Source: an uncultured Fibrobacterota bacterium (GTDB lineage: Bacteria > Fibrobacterota > Chitinivibrionia > Chitinivibrionales > FEN-1185). From it: a stretch of 64,000 nt of DNA. The DNA lies in NCBI GenBank assembly GCA_963729895.1, contig CAVSQB010000023.1, positions 14,030 to 78,029 on the forward strand, read 5' to 3'. The stretch's first letter is position 1; every line of letters starts with the position of its first letter. Below the pieces are notes generated by a model. It searched no databases and was not told the DNA's origin. It worked only from the letters and a program-made list of their open reading frames with translations. The position numbers and the translations under genes were made by a program. Positions 46,713 to 56,110 of the stretch are shown one piece after another.

Positions 46713-48355
46713 CCTGATTCCGTGAGATAAGGTTATTAAAAACAAATTGACGGCGTTGACAAGAACGAATATGGTTGCTAAGGCTTCTTGATAAGTTGTT
46801 GCCGGGGTGATTCCACTATGATTTGCGCTTCTGACCCCATGGTTGACAAATACACTCAACGTGTCGGTGGCGACGTTTGTTTGGTTACGGGTCTATTTCC
46901 GTTTATTGCTCTCCTTAGGTCAGCCATCCGTGGCGAACGCCAGATACGTTTGCGTCCACGCTATGCGGAGTTGATTCCGCCGCGACAGGGCAAGCATCAA
47001 CCGGCGGGCATGCGTTATCACGCGTGCTGCTATGTACATAAGATCCTGAATGACCTTCCGCAATCTCCGGCGTGCAACTTTCTTACGCGGCACGTACCCC
47101 TTGTCGATTCCAACTTGGCCGCAGAGCCGCAGCATGTTGAACGCAAGAACCGCCAACGTCAACACCAATGCGTTGGTCGTGAACTTCCCGCTGGGAAGCC
47201 GCTCCAGCGCCATATCACTCTTCAGCTCCGAGTGAAACTGCTCGCTGGTGCCATGATCCCGGTACGCTGCAATAACGTCGTCCGGGCCGGCGTTGCGTCT
47301 GCTCAGGCTCGTCCACCACGTGTGAACCTCTACATCCGGCAGCAGCAAGGCGTTTCCGTCGCGGTCGATTGTCCGTTCGATCACCTCGAACACAACGCGC
47401 ATGTTTTCGCCGTTTCTTTCCCGTATTGTCTCACCAACGTACACGGTCTTGCCTTCACGAGGATGACGCCAGTCACCGAGCGCTTGAGCATCCACGAGCC
47501 ATTCGTCAATAGATTCCCTGCGTATGTTCCGTTTGATTATGTAATCGACCTTTTCCTTGCGGCAGACTCGCATGTTTTCAATATCGTCATGTCCGGCATC
47601 AAGACGCACAAGGATCGAACGATCCGTTATTTTTCGAGCAAGGGCTATGGTCTTGCGCAGAAACTCCGGAGTTCCTTCCTGGCAATGTTGTTTCCCTTCG
47701 CGCAACTCCGCGTTCAGCAGGTAGCCTTCCACGCCTATGTAGGCAAGCATCGGAGAATATCCCTCGAACAACTTGTACGTGCAGCTTACGCCTTCCTTAT
47801 GAGAACCACTGTTGTCAAAAGGAGATACGTCAGCGTCAATCGGAATATACGGTCCAAAGCAGGCGGTGAGCCGTGGCGCTGCTTTTTTCAACAGGGACGC
47901 CGAAGCGGAAAGGACTGCGTTTTGAACGGTCAGGCCCGTTTCGTCCATTCGCTGCCGCAGTGTAGCCTCGGAAGGAACCGCTTTCAATCCAAGCATCTCC
48001 TGAAAATAGTCGTCTTCACGAAACTGCTCGACCCCGTCAAAGTCTGGTTTGGCAAGACACAAAAGCCCCGTCATGGTCAGCAGCGCGTCCGCGGTGCTTA
48101 TACTCCCGCTCTTCTTGTCCGGAGTAACCTGCGAAACACGCTCGCGCAAACCGGATCGCTCCGCAAGCATCCCGATCATTGCCATTCCACCATGGCTGGT
48201 CAGAAACTCGTCCGTCTCCGTGATTATCAACTTTCTCGGCTTTGGCATGACACCTTCCGGGTGAATAATGTGAACTGCCATTTAGTCAAGCACCATTCAC
48301 CCTTAATCTACACGAAAAATCATCAAAATGCCAAAGTTTTTCTCACGGATTTAGG
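46713..48355 (-). mobile_element. IS1380-family insertion sequence (1643 bp) between tssA and tssB
   Basis: Imperfect TIRs CCTGATTCCGTGAGA / CCTAAATCCGTGAGA. Flanks TATTA and TATGA. Confidence 0.88.
46920..48248 (-). CDS. IS1380-family DDE transposase
   Basis: LTSHGG, PSEATLRQR, IDADVSPFDNSGSHKEG, VRLDAGHD, YRDHGTSEQFHSELK and LPSGKFTTN. Confidence 0.92.
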   Translation of the reverse strand: MPKPRKLIITETDEFLTSHGGMAMIGMLAERSGLRERVSQVTPDKKSGSISTADALLTMTGLLCLAKPDFDGVEQFREDDYFQEMLGLKAVPSEATLRQRMDETGLTVQNAVLSASASLLKKAAPRLTACFGPYIPIDADVSPFDNSGSHKEGVSCTYKLFEGYSPMLAYIGVEGYLLNAELREGKQHCQEGTPEFLRKTIALARKITDRSILVRLDAGHDDIENMRVCRKEKVDYIIKRNIRRESIDEWLVDAQALGDWRHPREGKTVYVGETIRERNGENMRVVFEVIERTIDRDGNALLLPDVEVHTWWTSLSRRNAGPDDVIAAYRDHGTSEQFHSELKSDMALERLPSGKFTTNALVLTLAVLAFNMLRLCGQVGIDKGYVPRKKVARRRLRKVIQDLMYIAARVITHARRLMLALSRRNQLRIAWTQTYLAFATDG

Positions 48356-49866
48356 TATGAGTTAAGCGAAAATGCCTTTTTGGGATCTATTTGACTGATC
48401 TTGCTTACGATTGCGTTCTGTTTCTCGGTCATGCTCGCTTGAAGCGGAGGGGGTTTGTTCGCCCGTGCCGCTTTGAGTACCTTTACCATGATGCCCCAGG
48501 CCTCCACCGAAAGATCGGGGTCCCACTTGTCGAGGTGGTACAGCTGTATCTTGTCCGAAAGCGAGTCAAGAATCGACAGGGCAATGTCGGGCTGCTTGAC
48601 CGACATGAGCAGCGTGCACACGAGAATGGAGCGACGGAAGTTGTCCCGCTCGTTTGACGAATTGCGAATTGCATTCTGCAACAAATCAAGCGCGGCCTCG
48701 GTTTTACCCGACGAGGCAAGCTGCGTAACCTCCCGTTTCTCGTTCTCCACTTTGTCACCTGATTCTGCCGAGTCCTTTTTCGAGGCGGCCTCCTCATGGG
48801 AGAAGACCGGCATCACGACCTTTACAATCCAATCCCTGGTGGCGTCATCGCAAAAGGGGAAGCCGTCGGAGAAAGACAGCGCGGTGATGCCGGGCAACCG
48901 CTTTACAAAAAGGCCGGTTTCAGCCACGATGGCCTGCTCCACCGGTTTGTACGGTTCGCCGAGGCCCTGGCATGCCTGAGCCGCCACGCGCTGAAGGCCA
49001 AGCCACAGGTGATTGGCCCCTGCCGTGAACGCGACCTCTTCTTTGTCAAGTGCCGCCTTAAATTCCTTGTTTGCAATCAGCGTGTTCAGCGAAGCGACCA
49101 AGTCCGCCGCGGGCGGGGCAAGCTGGGTCTTGCCGTTTTCACTCGGGGGCTCTTTTTCGAAGATGTCCCACCGGATGGAGCGGATGAGACGGAACCCCAT
49201 CGGCCTCTGCGGTTCTTTCTCAATAAGAAAGTACGCCGCCTTACGGGCGATGGCCTGGGCCTGCTTTGGCGTATCCATCGGATCGCCCGCGGTCTGGCCG
49301 GCTGCGGCAGAGCCCGGTGCGGCATCCGCCTTGGGTTTCGGTTTGCACGACTTTTCCCAGTTTTGTACCGCCGTGTAAAGCCCGGACGGGAAGGGCGAAC
49401 CTTCGGGAAATTTCTCCTGCAGAATGCCCCGAAGCACGGTGAGGCCGGCCAGCAGCCTGCCGATGTGGGCATAATCGGCTTCTTCGGGTTTTTGGGACGC
49501 AATGGTTTCGTTGTACCGCGGTTCGGACAGCCACTTGAGCGCGTTCTGCTTTGCCCGGTCGCGGTCCGGAAACATCGCATCGTAGTTCTGCTTGCACAGT
49601 GCGGCGAACCCTTCAAAAATATCCGCGAACGGTTCCCATTTTCCATCGCGAAGATACACGAGACTCAGGAAACAGAGCAGCCTCATGTCCTTGGATTTTT
49701 CCGCAAGGAGTTTTCTGCACGACGAATCAACAAGCGCGTAATCGATGCTGCCGATCTTCCCAATTTCGGTTTTGCACGCGTCAAAATCGGCATCGTAGTT
49801 GATGTTGACGCCCATCGGGGCATCGCCGGGAATGGGCTTTACTATAATGTCAAGAAGCTCGGAAAT
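48343..49866 (-). CDS. tssA: Type VI secretion cap protein TssA (ImpA_N + VasJ-like domains)
   Basis: PIPGDAPMG..YDADF..SKDMRLL (ImpA_N) and HLWLGLQR..LSFSDGFPFCD (VasJ-like). Best SD-spaced codon is ATT at 49866. The last residues come from the IS. Confidence 0.85.
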   Translation of the reverse strand: MSELLDIIVKPIPGDAPMGVNINYDADFDACKTEIGKIGSIDYALVDSSCRKLLAEKSKDMRLLCFLSLVYLRDGKWEPFADIFEGFAALCKQNYDAMFPDRDRAKQNALKWLSEPRYNETIASQKPEEADYAHIGRLLAGLTVLRGILQEKFPEGSPFPSGLYTAVQNWEKSCKPKPKADAAPGSAAAGQTAGDPMDTPKQAQAIARKAAYFLIEKEPQRPMGFRLIRSIRWDIFEKEPPSENGKTQLAPPAADLVASLNTLIANKEFKAALDKEEVAFTAGANHLWLGLQRVAAQACQGLGEPYKPVEQAIVAETGLFVKRLPGITALSFSDGFPFCDDATRDWIVKVVMPVFSHEEAASKKDSAESGDKVENEKREVTQLASSGKTEAALDLLQNAIRNSSNERDNFRRSILVCTLLMSVKQPDIALSILDSLSDKIQLYHLDKWDPDLSVEAWGIMVKVLKAARANKPPPLQASMTEKQNAIVSKISQIDPKKAFSLNSYLNP

Positions 49867-50014
49867 GGCATTTCCCCTTGGATACTGGTATCGGATCGCT
49901 GCCAAACACAAAACTAAAATATAGTAATCGCACTATGGCACAATAGTCTTTTCGATGACAAATGACCGGGCGCAGCAGGCCTGCTGCAAGATAAATCATT
50001 CGGCGCCTCCGTGA

Positions 50015-50030
50015 TGTGACGGCCATCACA
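50015..50030. promoter_or_regulatory. Palindromic site TGTGAC-N4-ATCACA upstream of tssA
   Basis: TGTGACGGCCATCACA. Confidence 0.5.
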
Positions 50031-50034
50031 CGCG

Positions 50035-50475
50035 CTAGTGCCGCATCGAAAGAAGAATGGCAACCTTCGTGTTGTGGTCGACCGCGGCGTTATATTGTTT
50101 CGCCGCTTCGGGGGAAGGGACCTGGATGGTGTGGATGCCTTTCACCTCAAGCACTATTACCAGAGAATCGCTGAGGTGAAACGAGCTTCTTCCAAACCCC
50201 GTACCCACGATAAGAAGCATGACGTCTTCGCGGGGGGCCTCAAGAAGGCTGCTCATCCAGTCCTTCTGTTCATCGACGCCGGCCATGTTTGTCATCGGTT
50301 TCATTGAACCGTCGAAATCGATGAACAGGTCGAAATGGGTAAGGGGAATGCGATTGTAGACGACAAGGCTGCCCGTAACAAAGCCGAACTTGTGCGGGGG
50401 GTTGACAAAGAAATAGACAATGCCGCAGATGAGGAGAGCCGACAGAATCTTGTGCTTCAGAAAAAAGGTGAACAT
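50035..50475 (-). CDS. Mth938/NDUFAF3-like domain protein with N-terminal TM
   Basis: LLIVGTG..PSPEAAKQYN..VAILL pattern. Confidence 0.6.
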   Translation of the reverse strand: MFTFFLKHKILSALLICGIVYFFVNPPHKFGFVTGSLVVYNRIPLTHFDLFIDFDGSMKPMTNMAGVDEQKDWMSSLLEAPREDVMLLIVGTGFGRSSFHLSDSLVIVLEVKGIHTIQVPSPEAAKQYNAAVDHNTKVAILLSMRH

Positions 50476-50680
50476 ACGCGTATCACCCCCGAAGAGGATG
50501 GACAGGAAAGGGGGCCCGAATGAGCACTGGTCGCGGGGAGACGCTGCCCGACGGTTGGCGCGAACCCTGCCGCCGGCGCCGGCAATTGGATCGGGTTCCC
50601 ATCTGTCATACAATATGCATTAACCGCGAGCGTTCTCCAAGGAAAAATTCGCGAGAGGGAAAATCAAGACACGGAGGGAT

Positions 50681-51517
50681 TTACTTGATGTTCTGAATAA
50701 ACAAGGCAAGCTTTGCCCGTGACGCGGGATTTCTGAACAGTTTCCGCAGTGATCGATCCCGAATGAGCCGCACGCGTTCGCGGGTCAGTTTGAGTTCCTT
50801 GCCGATTTCTTCGAGAGTGAATTGTTTGGAGAAGTTGAGGCCGTAATACATTCGCAGTATGCGCTCTTCCCTGCTTGTAATGTTCTGCAGCACGCTGTCG
50901 ATTACTTTGCCGAGTTCCCTCCGTTCGCTCTCGGTATCCTGGTTTGGATCGTCGCCGAGAATGTCCTGCAGCGTTTTCGTGGAATCGCCTTCCGAACCTT
51001 GGTTGTTGCCCACCGGTGCATCGAGCGATACGCCCCGAAGTTTGTCCATGACGTCGATGATGTCCTGCTCGTGCTCCTTGAAATCGTCCATGGAAATCGT
51101 TCCCATGTAGTCGCCGGAGTTCTTGTCGAGGGCCTTCTTGAATTTCGAAAGAAGCGCGATTTTGTTGGGAGGAATGCGCACGGTTCCCGTTTGCTCGAAT
51201 AACGCTTTCTGAATCGACTGGCGTATCCACCACACTGCATAGGAAATAAACTTGACTTTGTTCTCGAGGTTGAAGCGCTTTGCGGCTTTTAACAGACCGA
51301 TATTGCCTTCGTTAATAAGCTCGAGGAAACTCAGGCCTCTGCCCCGGTACCGCCTGGCGACACTCACGACAAACCTGAGGTTGCTCGTAATGAGAACGGT
51401 TATTGCGTTATGGTCGCTCTTTTGAACGCAACGAATAACCTCGCGCTCTTCGTCTTCGGATAGAATCCGATAACGGTTGATGTCCCTAAAGTAGAGGGTT
51501 TCGGTTCTTGTCGGCAT
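50681..51517 (-). CDS. RpoD/SigA-family sigma70 factor lacking region 1.1
   Basis: SNLRFVVSVARRY, LINEGNIGLLKAA, KFISYAVWWIRQSI and TLEEIG..LTRERVRLI. Confidence 0.93.
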   Translation of the reverse strand: MPTRTETLYFRDINRYRILSEDEEREVIRCVQKSDHNAITVLITSNLRFVVSVARRYRGRGLSFLELINEGNIGLLKAAKRFNLENKVKFISYAVWWIRQSIQKALFEQTGTVRIPPNKIALLSKFKKALDKNSGDYMGTISMDDFKEHEQDIIDVMDKLRGVSLDAPVGNNQGSEGDSTKTLQDILGDDPNQDTESERRELGKVIDSVLQNITSREERILRMYYGLNFSKQFTLEEIGKELKLTRERVRLIRDRSLRKLFRNPASRAKLALFIQNIK

Positions 51518-51709
51518 AGAGATAAGCCATTATGAATAAAGCGATCCACCCTTTATTAATTATACCATATCCGAAGAGAAAGGTCATCAGGTTAAACGAT
51601 TAATCTACCTAAAAAATGTCCCGGTTTCTGATCGCTCTCGAATTTGGCACACACTACTATTACTCGCAAGCTCGCCGCTTGTTTTCGATAAAATTATATC
51701 AGCGCGCAG

Positions 51710-52975
51710 CTAGGGTAAGATATTTTTTGAGGGTTGACTGATCACCACAATTCCGGAATCGCTCACGGTAAAGCGCTTCCGGTCTTCATCCAGATCGAAC
51801 CCGATCCGGTCCCCAGGCATTATCTGGACGCCGCGATCGATGATGGTGCGCCGGATATGCGCCTTTTCGCTGATCTGCACATCCGGGAAAATGATGGAGT
51901 CCTCGACGACGGCGAGACTGTGGACTCGAACCCCGCGTGACAAAACGGAACGCACTACCCTGCCGCCGCTGATGATGCAGCCCCCGCTCAGGATAGAGTC
52001 GAGAGCCTCTCCTTTGCGCCTTTCGGGCGCTTCGCCCGAGAAAACGAACTTTGCCGGCGGCGATTGTCCAGGAGCGGTGCGAATGGGCCACGCCTCGTTG
52101 TACAGATTAATCTCGGGCACGACATCGCGGAGGGTCATGTTTGCTTCGTAGTATGTGTCAAGGATTCCGACGTCCTTCCAATATACGTTTTGCTGAGGGG
52201 TTTCCCCGGAAATACGGTTATTCGAGAAGTCCCACACGTAAATCGGATAATTGGGGAAAATCTTTGGGATTACGTCCTTGCCGAAATCGTGAGAGGAACC
52301 GATGAGGGAGGCATCGTGGAACAGCTCTCGCACCAGGAATTTTCTGTTGAAAATGTAATTCCCCATGGAAATCAGAGCCATGTTCGGGTTACCGGGCAAA
52401 GGTTTGGGTTGTTCGGGCTTTTCCTCGAATCCGACCATCCGACCGTCCTGATCGACTTCGATCACGCCGAAGGCCGTGGCTTCCTCGACCGGTTTCGGGA
52501 TGGCGGCTATGGTGGCCGCCGCGCCCGCATGCCGGTGAAAGTCGAGCATCTGCGAGATGTCCATTTTGTAAATGTGGTCGGCACCGAACACCGCAATATA
52601 GTCGGGGTTCTCGTCTTCGATAAGGTTGAAGTTCTGAAAAACCGCGTCGGCCGTTCCCATGTACCAGTTCTTGCCGGTGCGCATCTGCGCCGGCACCGGA
52701 TCGATATACTGGCCGAGCATGCGGTTGAGGTTCCATCCCGACGTGAGGTGCTTGATAAGGGAATCCGACTTGAACTGGGTGAGGACTTTGATCTTGAAAA
52801 CTCCCGAATTGATGAAGTTATTAAGTACAAAATCGACAATCCGGTATTTGCCGCCGAAATAGACAGCCGGTTTTGCCCGGTCTTTGGTAAGGGGGTGGAG
52901 CCTGGAACCTTCGCCGCCGGCCATAATCATGCCCAGAACATTCGGGTAGCCTACGGATGAGCGATAGGTGGACAT
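51710..52975 (-). CDS. glgC: Glucose-1-phosphate adenylyltransferase
   Basis: MAGGEGSRLHPLTKDRAKPAVYFGGKYRIVDF, WYMGTADAV, FEEKP and HDFGKDVIP. Confidence 0.96.
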   Translation of the reverse strand: MSTYRSSVGYPNVLGMIMAGGEGSRLHPLTKDRAKPAVYFGGKYRIVDFVLNNFINSGVFKIKVLTQFKSDSLIKHLTSGWNLNRMLGQYIDPVPAQMRTGKNWYMGTADAVFQNFNLIEDENPDYIAVFGADHIYKMDISQMLDFHRHAGAAATIAAIPKPVEEATAFGVIEVDQDGRMVGFEEKPEQPKPLPGNPNMALISMGNYIFNRKFLVRELFHDASLIGSSHDFGKDVIPKIFPNYPIYVWDFSNNRISGETPQQNVYWKDVGILDTYYEANMTLRDVVPEINLYNEAWPIRTAPGQSPPAKFVFSGEAPERRKGEALDSILSGGCIISGGRVVRSVLSRGVRVHSLAVVEDSIIFPDVQISEKAHIRRTIIDRGVQIMPGDRIGFDLDEDRKRFTVSDSGIVVISQPSKNILP

Positions 52976-53137
52976 GGGTTTTCCCCTCTCGTTGTAGTGT
53001 GCGGCATGTCGCCGATTTCAAAATAGTTTCTATCAGAAAAGATTGCAATAAATCAAGATCGGGGGACGCGCTGCAAACCCGTCCGGCGGCTTCCCCGCTA
53101 CAGGCGGGAGTTGTTCATGTCGGGGAGGGCCTTGGGG

Positions 53138-53374
53138 CTAAAAGACGAGCTTGGTGAGGAAATCCCACACGGTGCTGGTCATGGGGACAAACACATTTCC
53201 TACGCCGAGGAAAATGAGGATTATCTCCATGGTGAAGACGATGCCGGAGAGCAAGAGGAAATTTGTGAGAAGGAAGATGACGCTGGTGCGGACACTTTTG
53301 TGGCGCTTGTTAAGGAAGAGCATTCCGCCGATATGCGAAAGAAACCTGGCCATGAGTTCCGCCTGATCTTCCAA
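53138..53374 (-). CDS. Small membrane protein
   Basis: 78 aa with a hydrophobic hairpin. Directly after the LysM gene stop. Confidence 0.5.
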   Translation of the reverse strand: MEDQAELMARFLSHIGGMLFLNKRHKSVRTSVIFLLTNFLLLSGIVFTMEIILIFLGVGNVFVPMTSTVWDFLTKLVF

Positions 53375-53375
53375 G

Positions 53376-54557
53376 TTATTTGAATCGGGTCCGCTTTACT
53401 ATGGTTACCGTGTCTCCGGGATTGATCGAATCAAATAGTTTTTCGATGACAAGCGTGCTTGATGTCGGGCCGACGTTTGCAGCACAGGCGATTGCGGTCG
53501 GCCTGTCAAAAACCGGATTGTTTCTGGAAATAACCGCAAACAAATCGCCAAGAGTAACCCCGTCCTTGGAGCCCTTATCGAGGATAAACGACTGATAGGG
53601 GTGAGGATGCTCCGTGTCTTCCACACGCTGAAACACCGTTCCCTTAATGGTAACGCCCGGATCGACAATCGTGTCGATCTGAAGGCAGGGAAAATGCGTT
53701 GTGGTGTCGACCCTGTCCCCGCTCCGAACCACATCCCAAACTTTGAAAAGCACTGCGCTTACCTTGTTGCCGCTTACGGAAAGTATGCTGGCCTTTGCAA
53801 CTCTTCGCACAAGATTTACCGTTGTTCCCTGAAATTTCTCGAGCCCGTCCGAATGAAAAATGTCGACCGTATCACCCGGACGGTAGTGCGCCGATGCAAG
53901 GGGATCTATGATTACTTCGCCGTACTGTTGATACGTTTCCTCCTCGTATTTCTTTAGGAAGTCCTTTTGTTCTATTTTCTTGAGCGATGCATTCCCGGGA
54001 TATACGAGGCCTTTTTCGTCCTTCTTGTCCCACAAGAACGCGATTCTTTCCAGGAAATCGTCGGTAAAATAGGATTTCCTTTGCATGGACATTCTAAACA
54101 ACGTGTCGTACAAAAGGGAATTGATTTTTGACGAGTTTTTGCCTGTTGAAGATGGCGAGGAGCTTGGCTGCGCAGATTGATCGAGGGCCTGTTTCGTCTC
54201 GGAGAAGAAGTCCTGCCCGGAGGTCTCGGCAGCACCGGTACCTCCGGCTGATGGAACCGACGGCGCGGCGGAAGACTGAGAGCCGGGAGGAGTCTGATCG
54301 CTGCCACCGTGGACAACGAGGGTGTTCCCCGGGTAAATAAGGTTTGGATTGGCGATGAAACTGTTCTGGTGCCAGAGCTGCGGCCACCGGAACGGGTCGC
54401 CAAGGAACTTGAAGGCGAGGTCCCAAAGGGTATCACCTTTCCTGATTACATAGCTCTGGTCACCGGTTTGACCTGCTGTGATTGACAGAAGGATAAAAAC
54501 CGATATAACCGCGAGTAAGCGTTTTCTGGTCAGAAAAACGTCCTTTTTGGATACCAC
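53376..54557 (-). CDS. LysM-domain secreted protein
   Basis: YVIRKGDTLWDLA..WPQLW..IANPNLIYPG. Start uncertain (GTG 54557 or CTG 54533). Confidence 0.82.
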   Translation of the reverse strand: MVSKKDVFLTRKRLLAVISVFILLSITAGQTGDQSYVIRKGDTLWDLAFKFLGDPFRWPQLWHQNSFIANPNLIYPGNTLVVHGGSDQTPPGSQSSAAPSVPSAGGTGAAETSGQDFFSETKQALDQSAQPSSSPSSTGKNSSKINSLLYDTLFRMSMQRKSYFTDDFLERIAFLWDKKDEKGLVYPGNASLKKIEQKDFLKKYEEETYQQYGEVIIDPLASAHYRPGDTVDIFHSDGLEKFQGTTVNLVRRVAKASILSVSGNKVSAVLFKVWDVVRSGDRVDTTTHFPCLQIDTIVDPGVTIKGTVFQRVEDTEHPHPYQSFILDKGSKDGVTLGDLFAVISRNNPVFDRPTAIACAANVGPTSSTLVIEKLFDSINPGDTVTIVKRTRFK

Positions 54558-54713
54558 AGGCCGCAAACCCAACCGGACTGCAGAGCCGATTTCCGCAGAT
54601 TGGAGCGGGGTTTCAATTTTCCCATTATTGTGCCCTGGCGGTGCTCCGCCAATCATAATATATTTTATGCTCTTAATCAGTCAATACAAAGTGAACCAGG
54701 TCCGGAGAAAAAG

Positions 54714-55949
54714 ATGAAAGAGAAAACGCGCCCGCGAAATGCAAAGCTCCGTGAAACCGCCGGCGGTGTTACTACGGCACGAGGATTTTCAGCGGCAGCG
54801 ATCGGGGCGGGCATCAAGTCGTCGAAGGAGCCGGACTGCGGCTTGTTGCTCAGTTCCGCTCCTTGCAGCGCAGGTGGAGCATTCACAACAAACGCTGTAC
54901 GGGCTTCCTCGGTGGACTGGTGCGAGGGCATTCTGCCAAGTTCACTCGTGCGGGCGGTATTCGTGAACAGCGGGAATGCAAATGCCTGTACCGGCGTTCG
55001 CGGCGAAAAAGACACAAAAAGAATTGCATCGCTTGTGGGATCACTGGCAGGCTCAACTCCGCAATCGGTGCTCGTCGCCTCAACCGGCGTCATCGGCCGC
55101 TTTCTCCCTTTGCACAGCATCGAAAAGAAAATTCCGCTTCTTTACAAGGCAACCGACGGCTCGCCGGGCGGCGGGTCCGCGTTTGCAGGCGCGATTCTTA
55201 CCACCGACACAAAGAAGAAAGAAGTCGCCGTTTCTGTGGAAACGAAGACCGGATGTTACCTTATCGGCGGCTGCGCAAAAGGATCGGGCATGATACATCC
55301 CAACATGGCCACCATGCTCTGCTTTATTACCACGGATGCAGGCGTCGATCCGGTCCTGCTTAATTCAATTGTCAAGAATGTTGTCGACAGGACGTTCAAT
55401 AATCTGACCATTGACGGTGACACCTCCACCAACGACATGGTTCTGGTGCTGGCAAACGGCATGTCGGGAATACGCGTGACGGGCGCGGCCGAAGCCGACC
55501 TGTTTCAGGAAGGTTTGCGCGTGGTGTGCGACGCGCTCTGCAGGAAAATCGCCGAAGACGGCGAGGGAGCGACGAAACGCGTGGAGATTCGCGTATGTGG
55601 AGGAAGCACCTACCGAGACGCGAAATCGGCCGCGAAGGCGATTGCAAATTCCAATCTTGTGAAAACGGCCCTGTTCGGCAACGATCCAAACTGGGGACGC
55701 ATCCTGTGCGCCGTGGGGTACTCCGGGGCATCATTTTCAAAGGAACATCTTGTTCTTTCGCTCTGCGGAAAGCGGTTGTTCGCAAAGGGCAGACCTCTGC
55801 AGTTTGCGGCAAAGGAGCTCAGCAGGAAGATGAAGGCGCGCGTGGTTACCATTGACGTGGATCTCGGCATGGGAAAGGAATGCGCAGTGGCACACACCTG
55901 TGACCTGACATACGATTACATCAGGATCAATGCTGAATACCATACCTAG
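54714..55949 (+). CDS. argJ: Ornithine acetyltransferase ArgJ
   Basis: NSGNANACTG, AKGSGMIHPNMATML autocleavage site, DGDTSTND, DGEGATK and INAEYHT. Confidence 0.96.
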   Translation: MKEKTRPRNAKLRETAGGVTTARGFSAAAIGAGIKSSKEPDCGLLLSSAPCSAGGAFTTNAVRASSVDWCEGILPSSLVRAVFVNSGNANACTGVRGEKDTKRIASLVGSLAGSTPQSVLVASTGVIGRFLPLHSIEKKIPLLYKATDGSPGGGSAFAGAILTTDTKKKEVAVSVETKTGCYLIGGCAKGSGMIHPNMATMLCFITTDAGVDPVLLNSIVKNVVDRTFNNLTIDGDTSTNDMVLVLANGMSGIRVTGAAEADLFQEGLRVVCDALCRKIAEDGEGATKRVEIRVCGGSTYRDAKSAAKAIANSNLVKTALFGNDPNWGRILCAVGYSGASFSKEHLVLSLCGKRLFAKGRPLQFAAKELSRKMKARVVTIDVDLGMGKECAVAHTCDLTYDYIRINAEYHT

Positions 55950-56110
55950 CATCGGCCGCCCGGACAATTTTGGACGCACTGACGCATCTTGATTGACGCG
56001 GTTCCAGGGACGCTGGAAAACCATGTTCCCGAACTTTTCTCTTTTCGCATTTTTTCCCAGAAAACATATTACTCTTCTCATCGTTTCGATGTAACAGACA
56101 AGGAACCGTC

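Noticed and set aside
46788..48365. 525-aa + strand ORF
   Set aside because: Antisense shadow of the IS1380 transposase.
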